Positions 1 through 9,793 of a stretch of 64,000 bases of DNA are shown here, one piece after another (position 1 is the stretch's first letter; every line of letters begins with the position of its first letter). A program made the translations under genes and the position numbers. Location: the NCBI GenBank assembly GCA_036278915.1, contig DASUKB010000002.1, forward strand, positions 30,152 through 94,151, read 5' to 3'. Source of the DNA: Patescibacteria group bacterium (lineage in GTDB: Bacteria > Patescibacteriota > Doudnabacteria > UBA920 > O2-02-FULL-48-8). The notes under the pieces were generated by a model. The model did no database searches. It saw nothing but the letters and a program-made list of their open reading frames with translations, and had not been told where the DNA came from.

Positions 1-37
1 TATAATATATTTCATTTAACTGTTGGGCTTGCTGCTT

Positions 38-1640
38 TTACTTATTTAAGCTTTCAGCAATACTATCAGCAATTTGTTGCTTTTTAATACCCATATAAGA
101 ATTTGGCACGTACATTATTTTCACATTTATTCTATTCTGTAAGTACATTGAGGCTTTATTAAGTTGCTCCGCATTCAAGTCAATATTCTGGTCTTGCATA
201 TAGAATCTTATAGCCTTCTCAGCGATTTTAAAATCGCCGTCACCATTTTCTATAAGAACATAGTAGGTTTGATCACTCGAAACAGAAGTACCTTGTAACG
301 AACTGGGCTCTTCAAGATTAGATGTACTCGCTCCTAAAATCTGAGTTCCACTAAGATCTGGCTTGGTCAATTCTTGATAAGCTATTGATATCACATCCAT
401 TGGTTCATAAGTCCGGCCAAAAGCTACTTTTTGAGCCATGCTACTCGATCCTAGCAGTACAACTACGACAACTGCAGTAATAAAGCTTACCTTCCCAAGC
501 ATTCTGTGAATATTGGCAATCCCCCAGTGGCTAACATTATTAGGATTATGTTTCATTCTAATTCTTCCGAAATTGCCACTTTTTTTAACGGTAACCACGT
601 AACGGTAAATTCCACACCAAAGTAGTACCGTTACTTGGAATAGCGCATAAATAGGAAAAATCAGCATCCATTTGCTTCTTACTTTCCAATTAGCAAAATA
701 TGTTAACACGGCGTATATCAGCATTAAAATTGGTAAAAGAATAATGTGTGATAGCAGCTCGTATAATTTAAGTGGTAACAAAAAATATATGATAAAGGTG
801 AAATAAATAAAGTGAAAGGGGTGATGTAAATTAGTATCCATGTTTATTACTGAATGCCTAAATGCACCGCACATCCAGGAAAATCTTTGTTTTATCCATT
901 TGCGAGTAGTTTCTGGGACATCGGTTTTAAAAACCATTGGAATATGTCCTACTTTATACCCCATCATATGTGCAAGCTTACCGATCTCGATGTCTCCACC
1001 GTTGAAGAACAATGAATGATTTTTCATTATACTAATCATTGTCTCTCTTTTCGCGATCATTCCGGCTCCACTAGTCAACCATGGGTAAAGCAACCTTGCT
1101 TGCATGGCAATGTCATATTCAACACCCTGTAATTTTTCGATTAAGGTCTTTCTTTTCCCGGGTAAAATTTTAACAGAAGCCAAGTCCCAATCCTTTTCGA
1201 CCATAGCCCCGCACAATTTTTTTACATCTCCTTCAACAGTAGTATCACCATCTATAAAGATGACATATTTTTCCTTAATATTGATAATACTTTCTTTCAA
1301 GACTGCATCATGTGCAAGTAGCGTTTTATTATAAATTGCCCAAGGGTTTTTAACACCCCCCCCCTAAATTAGATATAGTTATGCGGAAGCCGTACTTTTT
1401 CCGGAGTTCGTTAAGGGAATTACGGAATTCTTCAGTCTCATGGTTTGTAGTACAGAGGACTACCTTTCTTCCGAATTGCTTTATAAAATCAAGGTTCGTA
1501 AGATACTTAGTGTCGTTAAATATCGGCAAAAGAATAGCAAAATCAGTTGACTTCTTTTCAACTTTTTCTAAATCTAATGGTTTAATGAAATTGGAACGAG
1601 CAGTTCCAAAATCAAAAATTGTTAACCAAGGGAAAATCAT
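38..1640 (-). pseudogene. Processive GT2 glycosyltransferase (PgaC/HAS/cellulose-synthase-like), frameshifted at a G9 tract
   Basis: ORFs 1350..1640 (AILLPIFND, GT2 first strand) and 38..1300 (IFIDGD DxD motif, GGDIEIG, QRFSW, TM helices) join in frame if the C9 at 1356-1364 loses one base. Confidence 0.85.
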
Positions 1641-1651
1641 AAATGATGCTA

Positions 1652-4531
1652 TTATTTTGCTTTAATTTTTTCTTTCAGCGCCTTGGCCAGGTACTGGCCG
1701 GTGTAGCTTTTGGAAACTTTTGCCACTTCTTCCGGTGTGCCCACGGCCACGATCTCCCCGCCCTTGTGTCCGCCTTCAGGACCCAAATCCACTATCCAGT
1801 CGGCGGATTTGATGACATCCAAGTTGTGTTCAATCACGAGCACGGTATTGCCTTTCTCCACCAGCCGATTCAAAACGCCAAGCAGCCGTTTGACGTCGTC
1901 GAAGTGCAGGCCAGTGGTGGGCTCATCCAATATGTAAAGCGTACGTCCGGTGGAGGCGCGCGAAAGTTCTGTGGCGAGCTTAATGCGCTGAGCTTCGCCG
2001 CCGGAGAGCGTAGTCGCCTGCTGGCCAAGGTGCATATAGCCCAAGCCGACCAGGGACAAAGTTTCCAGTTTGCGCGCAATCAGCGGAACGGCGCGGAAAA
2101 AAATGTGCGCCTCGTCCACTGTCATTTCCAGAACGTCAGAAATAGTTTTGCCTTTGTAGTGGATGTCCAAGGCTTCTTTGTTGTAGCGTTTGCCTTTACA
2201 TTCCTCGCAGGTGACGTAAACATCGGGCAAAAAGTGCATCTCTATTTTTATAACGCCATCGCCGCCGCAAACTTCGCAGCGCCCGCCTTTGACGTTGAAA
2301 CTGAATCGCCCGGCTTTGTACCCGCGCATTTTGGCTTCGGGAGTAGACGCAAACAGATCGCGTATATAGGTAAAGACTCCGGTGTAAGTGGCGGGGTTGG
2401 AGCGGGGCGTACGTCCGATAGGACTTTGGTCAATGTCTATGACCTTGTCTATATTTTCTATGCCGAGCAGTTTCTTGTGCGCGCCAGCCGCGTCTTTGGC
2501 ATTATAGAAATAAGCAGACAATGCCTTGGCAAGAATTTCGTTCATAAGCGTGGATTTGCCGGAGCCGGACACGCCAGTGAGCACGACAAATTTGCCCAAT
2601 GGAATATCCAAGTCCACGTTTTTGAGATTGTGCTCGGTGGCGCCTACGATGCGGATAGTCTTGCCATTGCCGCGTCGGCGCGTGGATGGCACGGGGATGT
2701 TTGCATTACCCGAAAGATACTGGCCGGTGAGCGACTTCGGGTCTTTGGCAATTTCCGAAGGCGTGCCCTCGGCCACCAGTTCCCCGCCGTGCTTGCCCGC
2801 GCCCGGACCGATGTCTATAACCCAGTCCGAGGCCTCTATGGTTTCCTGGTCATGCTCAACCACGATGACCGTGTTGCCCAGGTCGCGCAAATTTTTGAGA
2901 GTCTTAAGCAGGCGGTCGTTGTCGCGCTGGTGCAGACCGATGGATGGCTCATCCAATATGTACAGCACGCCGGTAAGGCCGGAACCGATTTGCGTGGCCA
3001 GGCGAATGCGCTGCGCTTCGCCGCCGGAGAGCGTGTCCGCGCTGCGGTCCAAAGTTAAATAATTTAAACCCACGTCCTGCAAAAATTTCAAGCGGGCCAC
3101 AATTTCTTTGAGCACCTGGTGCGAGATTTTGGCATCTTTTTCGGAAAATTTCTTGGGCAAGCCGGCGGCAAACGAGACTGTGTCGTCTATGGACAGCGAA
3201 GCCACATCAATAATTGATTTGTCGTCTATGGTCACGGCCAAAAATTCCGGCTTAAGCCTCATGCCTTTGCAAGTCGGGCAAGTTTTAACGCGCATATACT
3301 GTTCAATTTCCCCGCGCATATAGTCCGAATCCGTCTCGCGGTACTTGCGCATAAGGTTTGGAATGACGCCTTCAAAAGACGTAAACCGTTCGTAGCCGGA
3401 CTCGTCCTGTAGTTTAACTTTTTGGTCGCCGGTGCCATAGAGGATGGCGTCCACGACTTTCTTGGGCAAATCCCGCACCGGAGCATTTATGGAAAATCCA
3501 TAGTTTTTGGCAACTGAATCCAAAACCCTCATATACCAGCTCATGCGCGAAGTTGTTTTGCTCCAGGGACGCACTGCGCCCTCGGCCAGGGTCAGTTTTG
3601 GATTCGGGATCACCAGTTCCGGCACGATCTCAAGCCGGGTGCCCAAACCAGTGCAGTCGGTGCAGGCTCCGTGCGGCGAATTAAATGAAAAATTCCGCGG
3701 GTTGAGTTCCGGCAAGCTCATGTGCCCCAGTGGACAGGCAAAATTTGAGGACAAGAGGATTTCTTCATCTGTTTTATGACTTTTAACTTCTGCCTTCTCA
3801 CTTCTGACTTCCGACTTCTGAATTATTACCGTGTCATTGCCCAGATCCAAAGCCGTCTCCAGCGAATCGGCCAGGCGGGCGCGGTCGGATGAATCAAGGC
3901 TGATGCGATCCACGACAATTTCTATGGAATGTTTTTTCTTCTTATCAATATTGATGCGCAAAGCTTCCGACAAATCCATGACGGTGCCGTCAAAACGGAC
4001 GCGGGTGTAACCGGTTTTGCGCGCCTCCTCCAGGAGATGCTTGTGTTCGCCCTTCTGGTCGGAGATGACGGGTGAAAGGATTACAATTTTGGAATCCTTG
4101 GGCCAAGACAAAACCTGGTCTACCATTTGCGTCACGCTCATGCCCGCGATGCGCCGGCCGCAGACTGGACAGTGTGGCACGCCCACGCGCGCGTACAGCA
4201 GGCGCAGGTAGTCATAAATTTCCGTAACCGTACCCACGGTGGAACGGGGGTTGTGAGAAGCGCTCTTTTGGTCTATGGAAATGGCCGGCGATAAACCTTC
4301 AATCTTGTCTACGTCTGGCTTGTCCATAAGCCCGAGGAACTGCCGGGCGTAAGCCGACAAGCTCTCCACGTAACGGCGCTGGCCCTCGGCGTATATGGTA
4401 TCAAACGCCAGGGAAGATTTGCCTGAACCCGAAAGACCCGTGATGACCACGAGCTTGTCTCTAGGAATATCCACATCAATATTTTTGAGGTTGTGTACCC
4501 GCGCCCCGCGGACCACGATCTTGTCGGTCAT
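1652..4531 (-). CDS. uvrA: Excinuclease ABC subunit A
   Basis: Two Walker A motifs ([16 protein letters not shown]), zinc fingers, LSGGEAQRI signatures. Confidence 0.99.
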   Translation of the reverse strand: MTDKIVVRGARVHNLKNIDVDIPRDKLVVITGLSGSGKSSLAFDTIYAEGQRRYVESLSAYARQFLGLMDKPDVDKIEGLSPAISIDQKSASHNPRSTVGTVTEIYDYLRLLYARVGVPHCPVCGRRIAGMSVTQMVDQVLSWPKDSKIVILSPVISDQKGEHKHLLEEARKTGYTRVRFDGTVMDLSEALRINIDKKKKHSIEIVVDRISLDSSDRARLADSLETALDLGNDTVIIQKSEVRSEKAEVKSHKTDEEILLSSNFACPLGHMSLPELNPRNFSFNSPHGACTDCTGLGTRLEIVPELVIPNPKLTLAEGAVRPWSKTTSRMSWYMRVLDSVAKNYGFSINAPVRDLPKKVVDAILYGTGDQKVKLQDESGYERFTSFEGVIPNLMRKYRETDSDYMRGEIEQYMRVKTCPTCKGMRLKPEFLAVTIDDKSIIDVASLSIDDTVSFAAGLPKKFSEKDAKISHQVLKEIVARLKFLQDVGLNYLTLDRSADTLSGGEAQRIRLATQIGSGLTGVLYILDEPSIGLHQRDNDRLLKTLKNLRDLGNTVIVVEHDQETIEASDWVIDIGPGAGKHGGELVAEGTPSEIAKDPKSLTGQYLSGNANIPVPSTRRRGNGKTIRIVGATEHNLKNVDLDIPLGKFVVLTGVSGSGKSTLMNEILAKALSAYFYNAKDAAGAHKKLLGIENIDKVIDIDQSPIGRTPRSNPATYTGVFTYIRDLFASTPEAKMRGYKAGRFSFNVKGGRCEVCGGDGVIKIEMHFLPDVYVTCEECKGKRYNKEALDIHYKGKTISDVLEMTVDEAHIFFRAVPLIARKLETLSLVGLGYMHLGQQATTLSGGEAQRIKLATELSRASTGRTLYILDEPTTGLHFDDVKRLLGVLNRLVEKGNTVLVIEHNLDVIKSADWIVDLGPEGGHKGGEIVAVGTPEEVAKVSKSYTGQYLAKALKEKIKAK

Positions 4532-4673
4532 ATATGATAGTGCTTTCGGATTAGCAAATTAGTTACGGCGAGAATGCCCTCCCAAAAAAACTTTGGGAAG
4601 GCTTTAAATTAGCCAGGACAGTATAAACGAAAAAAACCGCCCTGGCAAGGTACCGGGGCGGCGCGGGTGAATT

Positions 4674-5075
4674 CTAGTGCTGCAGGCTGGCTTGGAATTT
4701 CCGGTATTCGTAGAAATGCCGGATCTTGCGCTGAATGGGTACGAGGCTCATCAGACCAAACCAGATGAGACTGGGCGCAAACCGGAACCGGAAGCAGACG
4801 GGGAACCAATGCGCCAGGCCCATCATCACAAACGGGGCCAGGATCACGAGGCTTATCTGGACGAAAGCTGGGAAGACGTTCTTGTCGTCGTCCTTGCTAT
4901 ACCAAAACCAGAGGACCGTGACCTCAGCCAGAAGCACCACACCCCAGAGGGCGGACATGGGCGGGTAAGCAAACAGCCACATGGGAGCATGGGTCAACTG
5001 AGCGTAGCCTATGGCAAGCACGGTCACCACAGCCCAGAAGAGCGCGACCACAATAATTCCCTTCACAACATGCAT
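4674..5075 (-). CDS. Hypothetical membrane protein (~4 TM)
   Basis: Hydrophobic ORF; TAAGGAGG lies 7 nt upstream of ATG 5075; GC hairpin plus T-run downstream (4630-4660). Confidence 0.7.
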   Translation of the reverse strand: MHVVKGIIVVALFWAVVTVLAIGYAQLTHAPMWLFAYPPMSALWGVVLLAEVTVLWFWYSKDDDKNVFPAFVQISLVILAPFVMMGLAHWFPVCFRFRFAPSLIWFGLMSLVPIQRKIRHFYEYRKFQASLQH

Positions 5076-5123
5076 AATCATTCCTCCTTAGACGCAACTT
5101 ATGCAAAAAAGTATAATACTCTT

Positions 5124-7088
5124 ATGCAAAAATTGCTAGCCCAGAAAATCTCCGAGCTGCCGGCCAGACCCGGCGTGTACCGCTTTTATGATCAAGCCGG
5201 TCTTTTACTTTACGTTGGCAAAGCCAATAAGCTCAAAAACCGCGTCTCCTCTTACTTCAAACCAGACTACAGCAGCAACCGCGGGCAGAGAATCGAACTT
5301 ATGATCTCGCAGATTGCGGATTTGGACTACACTGTGGTCCGCAACGAAGTTGAAGCTTTGGTTTTGGAAAATAATTTCATCAAAAACCTCAAACCCAAAT
5401 ACAACGTCCGCATGCGCGACGACAAAAATTATATCTTTCTCAAAATTAATGCCGCAGACGAAATCCCAACTATAGACTACGAACACCAACGGTTAGACAA
5501 ATCCGCCAAATATTTCGGGCCGTACACGTCCTCACTGGCCATAAAAGACACACTGCGCCTGCTGAGGCGTGTATTCCCCTACTGCGCCAATTCCAAAGTA
5601 ACTTCCAAACCCTGTTTTTATTATCACATCGGCAAATGCCCAGGAGTCTGCTTTGGCAAAATTTCAACCGAGGATTATCGTAAAAATTATATCGGCAAAA
5701 TTGTCCAGTTCCTGGAAGGGCGGGAACAGGAAGTCCTCCAGAACCTCAAATCGGAAATGAAAATATTTGCGAAGTCTCGCCAATACGAAAAAGCTGCGCG
5801 GGTGCGGGATCAAATTTTTGCGCTTAATCGCGTCCTGGAGCGGCAAAAATTGGTTTATTCAACCAAAGTCAGCCAGGATGTATTTTCTCTGCATTGCGAA
5901 TCTGTGGCCGTGGTCAATTTATTCATAGTCCGCGAGGGCAAACTCATTCAAAAAGAAAATTTTGTCCTGGAAAACACCCGGCAAGTGCCAGCGGAGGAAA
6001 TTTTGCAAAGTTTTTTGGAAAGATACTACCTAGATGCCACGAATTTGCCGAAAGAAATTTTGGTTCCGTTCTTGATTGATGACACCGAATTAAAAACAGT
6101 TTTTATTGCTCTTGATAATAACCCCTCCCAACCTCCCCTTACATTAAGGGGAGGGGCGACCAAAACCAAACTGCAGCCTGGTTTTGATTTACCCCCTCTT
6201 ATATTAAGAGGGGGTGCGTCAGGCAAGGGTTCGCGGGGGAGTTATTTACCAAAGATCTCTGTGCCTGTGAAAGGCGAACGCCTGAAACTTCTGCAGCTCG
6301 GCACGGAAAATGCCAAACATTATCTGGAGGCCGCATCCGACAAGCACCTCCTGGAAGAGACGCGGCTTTTGGCGTCGCTTAGAGAACTGCAACGGGTGCT
6401 GGAATTGCCGGCCCTCCCCTCGCGTATGGAGTGCTTTGATATTTCAAACATTCAGGGCACAAATGCTGTGGGATCCATGGTCGTGTTTGACTACGCCCGT
6501 CCGAAAAAAAGCGACTATCGCAAATTTAAAATCCAACGGAAGAACACTCCGGACGACTTTGCGATGATGCGCGAGATGCTGGCGAGAAGGTTCAAACATT
6601 CGCTCCCGTCACCCCCGCCCGAACGACCAGGTCGGGCGGGCCTCTCCCCTCACCCCTGGCCTTTGCCTGACCTCATCATTATAGACGGCGGAAAGGGACA
6701 GCTGAGCGCGGCCACGGCGGCAATTTCGAATTCCGAATTTCCTAATTCTAAACAAATTTCTATCATTGGGCTGGCCAAAAGGCTGGAAGAAATATTTTTG
6801 CCCGGCAGAAAAGATCCGATCCGCCTGCCCGATAATTCCCCTGCTTTGTTTTTGCTGCAACGCATCCGCGATGAAGCCCACCGGTTTGCCATCACGTACC
6901 ACCGCAAACTCCGATCTAAATCCGCTGTAACCTCGGTCCTGGACCAAATCTCAGGCATCGGTCCGGCCAAAAAGAAAAAGTTGCTGGACAAATTCGGGTC
7001 AGCAGCCAAACTGAAGACAGCGAGCCTCACGGACATCGCCGAGGTCGTAGGCAGTCGTGTTGCAGAAAAAATAAAGGCCTCATTGTAA
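5124..7088 (+). CDS. uvrC: Excinuclease ABC subunit C (carrying repeat-derived insertions)
   Basis: GIY-YIG start LPARPGVYRF..YVGKA..LKNRVSSYF, ECFDISN, DGGKGQL, RDEAHRFA, HhH; start ATG 5124 follows TATAAT. Confidence 0.98.
   Translation: MQKLLAQKISELPARPGVYRFYDQAGLLLYVGKANKLKNRVSSYFKPDYSSNRGQRIELMISQIADLDYTVVRNEVEALVLENNFIKNLKPKYNVRMRDDKNYIFLKINAADEIPTIDYEHQRLDKSAKYFGPYTSSLAIKDTLRLLRRVFPYCANSKVTSKPCFYYHIGKCPGVCFGKISTEDYRKNYIGKIVQFLEGREQEVLQNLKSEMKIFAKSRQYEKAARVRDQIFALNRVLERQKLVYSTKVSQDVFSLHCESVAVVNLFIVREGKLIQKENFVLENTRQVPAEEILQSFLERYYLDATNLPKEILVPFLIDDTELKTVFIALDNNPSQPPLTLRGGATKTKLQPGFDLPPLILRGGASGKGSRGSYLPKISVPVKGERLKLLQLGTENAKHYLEAASDKHLLEETRLLASLRELQRVLELPALPSRMECFDISNIQGTNAVGSMVVFDYARPKKSDYRKFKIQRKNTPDDFAMMREMLARRFKHSLPSPPPERPGRAGLSPHPWPLPDLIIIDGGKGQLSAATAAISNSEFPNSKQISIIGLAKRLEEIFLPGRKDPIRLPDNSPALFLLQRIRDEAHRFAITYHRKLRSKSAVTSVLDQISGIGPAKKKKLLDKFGSAAKLKTASLTDIAEVVGSRVAEKIKASL
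6118..6245. repeat. Palindromic miniature element (PPL..GG family) inside uvrC
   Basis: Ends ATAACCCCTCCC / GGGGGAGTTAT; internal hairpins CCTCCCCTTA-cat-TAAGGGGAGG and ACCCCCTCTTA-tat-TAAGAGGGGGT. Confidence 0.85.
6614..6640. repeat. 27-bp palindromic element inside uvrC
   Basis: CCCGCCCGA-acgaccagg-TCGGGCGGG, in frame. Confidence 0.7.
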
Positions 7089-7102
7089 TTTATTACCCCC
7101 AA

Positions 7103-7281
7103 CAATGAGTCTGTAAGGCGGGCAGTACGAAAATGTTTGAAGCGAGGACGGCGGTTTTTGAGGACAACTTGCGAAGACCTTCCAATGTCGAGCACTTTAG
7201 TCCCGTGCCAAGCGGGACGTGTCCGAAAAAACTGTCTGTCCGAGCGATAATATAAATGAACCGCGCCCAAAAAGCTCATTG
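7103..7281. repeat. Long imperfect stem-loop (MITE-like or ncRNA)
   Basis: CAATGAG/CTCATTG ends; arms 7146-7166 and 7220-7241 pair; sub-hairpin GTCCCG/CGGGAC. Confidence 0.6.
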
Positions 7282-7307
7282 ACACCTCCCTACTTTTCTG
7301 GCAGAAT
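7279..7307 (+). promoter_or_regulatory. sigma70 promoter of secG
   Basis: TTGACA-N17-CAGAAT with extended TG. Confidence 0.7.
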
Positions 7308-7366
7308 AGTTAAGCAAATTAGCCAAATTTTTTTACTTCTAACTTCTCACTTTTAACTTTCATTTT

Positions 7367-7594
7367 ATGCATATTTCACAAAACGTTCTGACATTTATCC
7401 TAATTGCCGTGGATGTGGTGCTAGTTATCTGCATCCTTGTCCAACAAAAAGAGGGCGGCCTTTCCACTGTCTTTGGCGGCGAAGGCACAGTCTTCCGCTC
7501 CAAGCGCGGACTGGCCCGCGGGTTGCACTACTTCACCATTGCCCTAGCCATCATTTTTATCGGGCTGTCCGTTTTGGTTCTGTTCATCTCCTAA
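7367..7594 (+). CDS. secG: Preprotein translocase subunit SecG
   Basis: 75 aa, two TMs around ILVQQKEGGLSTVFGG..RG. Confidence 0.92.
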   Translation: MHISQNVLTFILIAVDVVLVICILVQQKEGGLSTVFGGEGTVFRSKRGLARGLHYFTIALAIIFIGLSVLVLFIS

Positions 7595-7601
7595 TCTACT
7601 C

Positions 7602-9392
7602 ATGGTAAGTTTGTTCAAAAAGTTGCGAAGCTTTTTGGGATCCGCCTGGCGAGGATTGCGCGTGCTGCCGAAGCTGCGCAGCCGCCACTTGCCCCAGATC
7701 CTAGAGAGCTTCACCAAAAAAGACCTGGCCGCTGTTGCGGCTTTTGCGTTAATACTGGCATTATCCGGCACATACCTTATACGCGCGGAATTTTTCGGCT
7801 CTTCATCGGGCATCCCCGACTACGGCGGCGAGCATGTCGAAGGCCTCATCGGCCAGCCGCGATTTATAAATCCGGTGTTGGCGGCCTCATCTAGCGTGGA
7901 TTCGGATTTGTCGCGCCTGGTGTATGCGCCTCTGCTGCAGTTTGACCAAAACCTCAATCTTGTGCCGGCTTTGGCCGACGCCTTGCCTCAGATTTCCGCA
8001 GACCAAAAAACTTACACCCTGAAACTAAAAAGTAATCTCAAATGGCAGGACGGCCAGCCGATTAACGCCGACGACATCGTCTACACGATCGAGACGATAC
8101 AGGATCCGGACTACGAATCGCCTCTGGCTGCCAATTGGGAGCGGGTCAAGATTGAGAAAATTGATGATCTGACCGTGCAATTTACTCTGCACGAGGTCTC
8201 GGCTTCATTTATATCCAACTTCACGCTCGGGATTTTGCCTAAACATGTCTGGAGCAGTCTTAGTCCAAACAGTTTCCGGCTGGCTTCGCAAAACCTACAG
8301 CCAGTGGGCTCGGGTCCGTATGCTGTCCACGAGATCAAAAAAACTTCCGACGGCAAAATCACAGCGATAACGCTTATGGCCAACAGCAATTTTTATGATG
8401 GCACGCCCTACATCACCTATTTCACGTTTAAGTTTTACGATGACGAAACTTCGCTTTCGTCTGCCTACCAGGCCAAAGACATCCAAGCGATAGGCTTTGT
8501 GCCTTTTGACAGCAAAACGTTCGTACAAGACGGCAACCGAGCAAGCCAGTATCAGATAAATTTACCGCAATACCAGGCCGTGTTCTTCAACCTGCCAAAG
8601 AATTCCATCCTGGGCGATCTTTCCGTGCGCCAGGCGCTCTGGCTTGCCACAGATCGCGCGCCTATCATTGACCAGGTTTATCTCGGACTGGCCAAGCCAG
8701 CCTATGGGCCAATCCTGCCCGGGAATTTGGGATACAGCGACGCGGCCAAAAATGCCGCGCATACGAGTGTGGGTGAAGCCGCTGGCATTTTGGACAAAGC
8801 CGGCTGGATACTGGACCCATCCACCAATACTCGCTACAAAATGGTTACGACTGGTACAGGCACTAGCAAAACCCAGACTCGCGTCAATTTGGAATTCAAT
8901 CTTGCCACGAGCGTGTCGCCGTTAAATGTAAAAACCGCGGAAATTTTGGAACAGCAATGGGCGCAAATCGGCGCTACCGTGCACTCGGTGGTGGTTTCGG
9001 CCTCCGACCTGCAAGACAACTACATCCGCCCTCGCAACTTTGACGCGTTGCTGTTTTCCGAAAACACAGGGCCGGACCCCGATCCGTTTCCGTTCTGGGC
9101 CTCATCACAGGCCCATGACCCCGGTCTGAATTTGTCAGGGTTTTCCGATGCCACCGTGGACAAACTGCTCACAGACGCGCGCCAAACCAACGACACCAAT
9201 GTCCGAGCGCAGGATTATCAGCAGTTCCAGGATATCATCAACCAGCAAATTCCCGCGATATTTCTGGACAGCGCGCAGTACGTGTACACCCTGCCAAAAA
9301 AGGAACAGGGCTTTGAACTAACGACTATGATCTATCCGTCCGAACGCTTCCTGGATGTCCAACATTGGTATATAGAGACAAAAAGAAAATAA
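7602..9392 (+). CDS. Peptide ABC transporter substrate-binding protein (family 5), N-terminally anchored
   Basis: LVPALA, YTLKLK..LKWQDGQPINADDIVYT, PVGSGPY motifs. Confidence 0.9.
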   Translation: MVSLFKKLRSFLGSAWRGLRVLPKLRSRHLPQILESFTKKDLAAVAAFALILALSGTYLIRAEFFGSSSGIPDYGGEHVEGLIGQPRFINPVLAASSSVDSDLSRLVYAPLLQFDQNLNLVPALADALPQISADQKTYTLKLKSNLKWQDGQPINADDIVYTIETIQDPDYESPLAANWERVKIEKIDDLTVQFTLHEVSASFISNFTLGILPKHVWSSLSPNSFRLASQNLQPVGSGPYAVHEIKKTSDGKITAITLMANSNFYDGTPYITYFTFKFYDDETSLSSAYQAKDIQAIGFVPFDSKTFVQDGNRASQYQINLPQYQAVFFNLPKNSILGDLSVRQALWLATDRAPIIDQVYLGLAKPAYGPILPGNLGYSDAAKNAAHTSVGEAAGILDKAGWILDPSTNTRYKMVTTGTGTSKTQTRVNLEFNLATSVSPLNVKTAEILEQQWAQIGATVHSVVVSASDLQDNYIRPRNFDALLFSENTGPDPDPFPFWASSQAHDPGLNLSGFSDATVDKLLTDARQTNDTNVRAQDYQQFQDIINQQIPAIFLDSAQYVYTLPKKEQGFELTTMIYPSERFLDVQHWYIETKRK

Positions 9393-9424
9393 CCGACAAG
9401 TCGGTTATTTTTATATACAAATTC

Positions 9425-9511
9425 TGGTGGGCGTGGAGAGATTTGAACTCTCAAGGACGTAAGTCCACACGCTCCTGAAGCGTGCGCGTATGCCAGTTCC
9501 GCCACACGCCC
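9425..9511 (-). tRNA. tRNA-Leu(CAG)
   Basis: GGGCGTG acceptor stem, CACGC-TTCAGGA-GCGTG anticodon arm, long variable arm, GTTCAAAT T-loop, encoded CCA. Confidence 0.97.
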
Positions 9512-9556
9512 GATATGGAGGATTATAAATCAATTTCCGGACAAACGGAAGAGTCA

Positions 9557-9585
9557 TTGACAAGAGCGGCCAGGTAGTATATACT
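9557..9585 (+). promoter_or_regulatory. sigma70 promoter upstream of the rnj leader
   Basis: TTGACA-N17-TATACT. Confidence 0.8.
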
Positions 9586-9793
9586 GGCTTCACCAAGAAA
9601 TTGGCAAAATTGAAACAAAAGTGCGAAATATACCTTAATTGGCACGAAAAAGTCCGTAAATCTACTATAGATTTCTTTGTGTTAATTAAGCCTCTGGTGC
9701 CCTAAGGCCTGCCTTAGCCCAAGCTTACCAAATATTTATTTATTTCCCTGAAACACACAGGGGGAAAGTTTTTTTGCTTCGTCATCTCATTTA

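Noticed and set aside
1643-3058. Long antisense ORFs (also 26715-27380, 36987-37880, 57690-58493)
   Set aside because: They are shadows of uvrA, the GGDEF gene, rpoB and dnaA, with no motifs or start signals
4677-5123. 149-aa N-terminal extension of UvrC in the ORF track
   Set aside because: It is the antisense shadow of the SD-led membrane protein gene; UvrC homology and a -10 box point to ATG 5124
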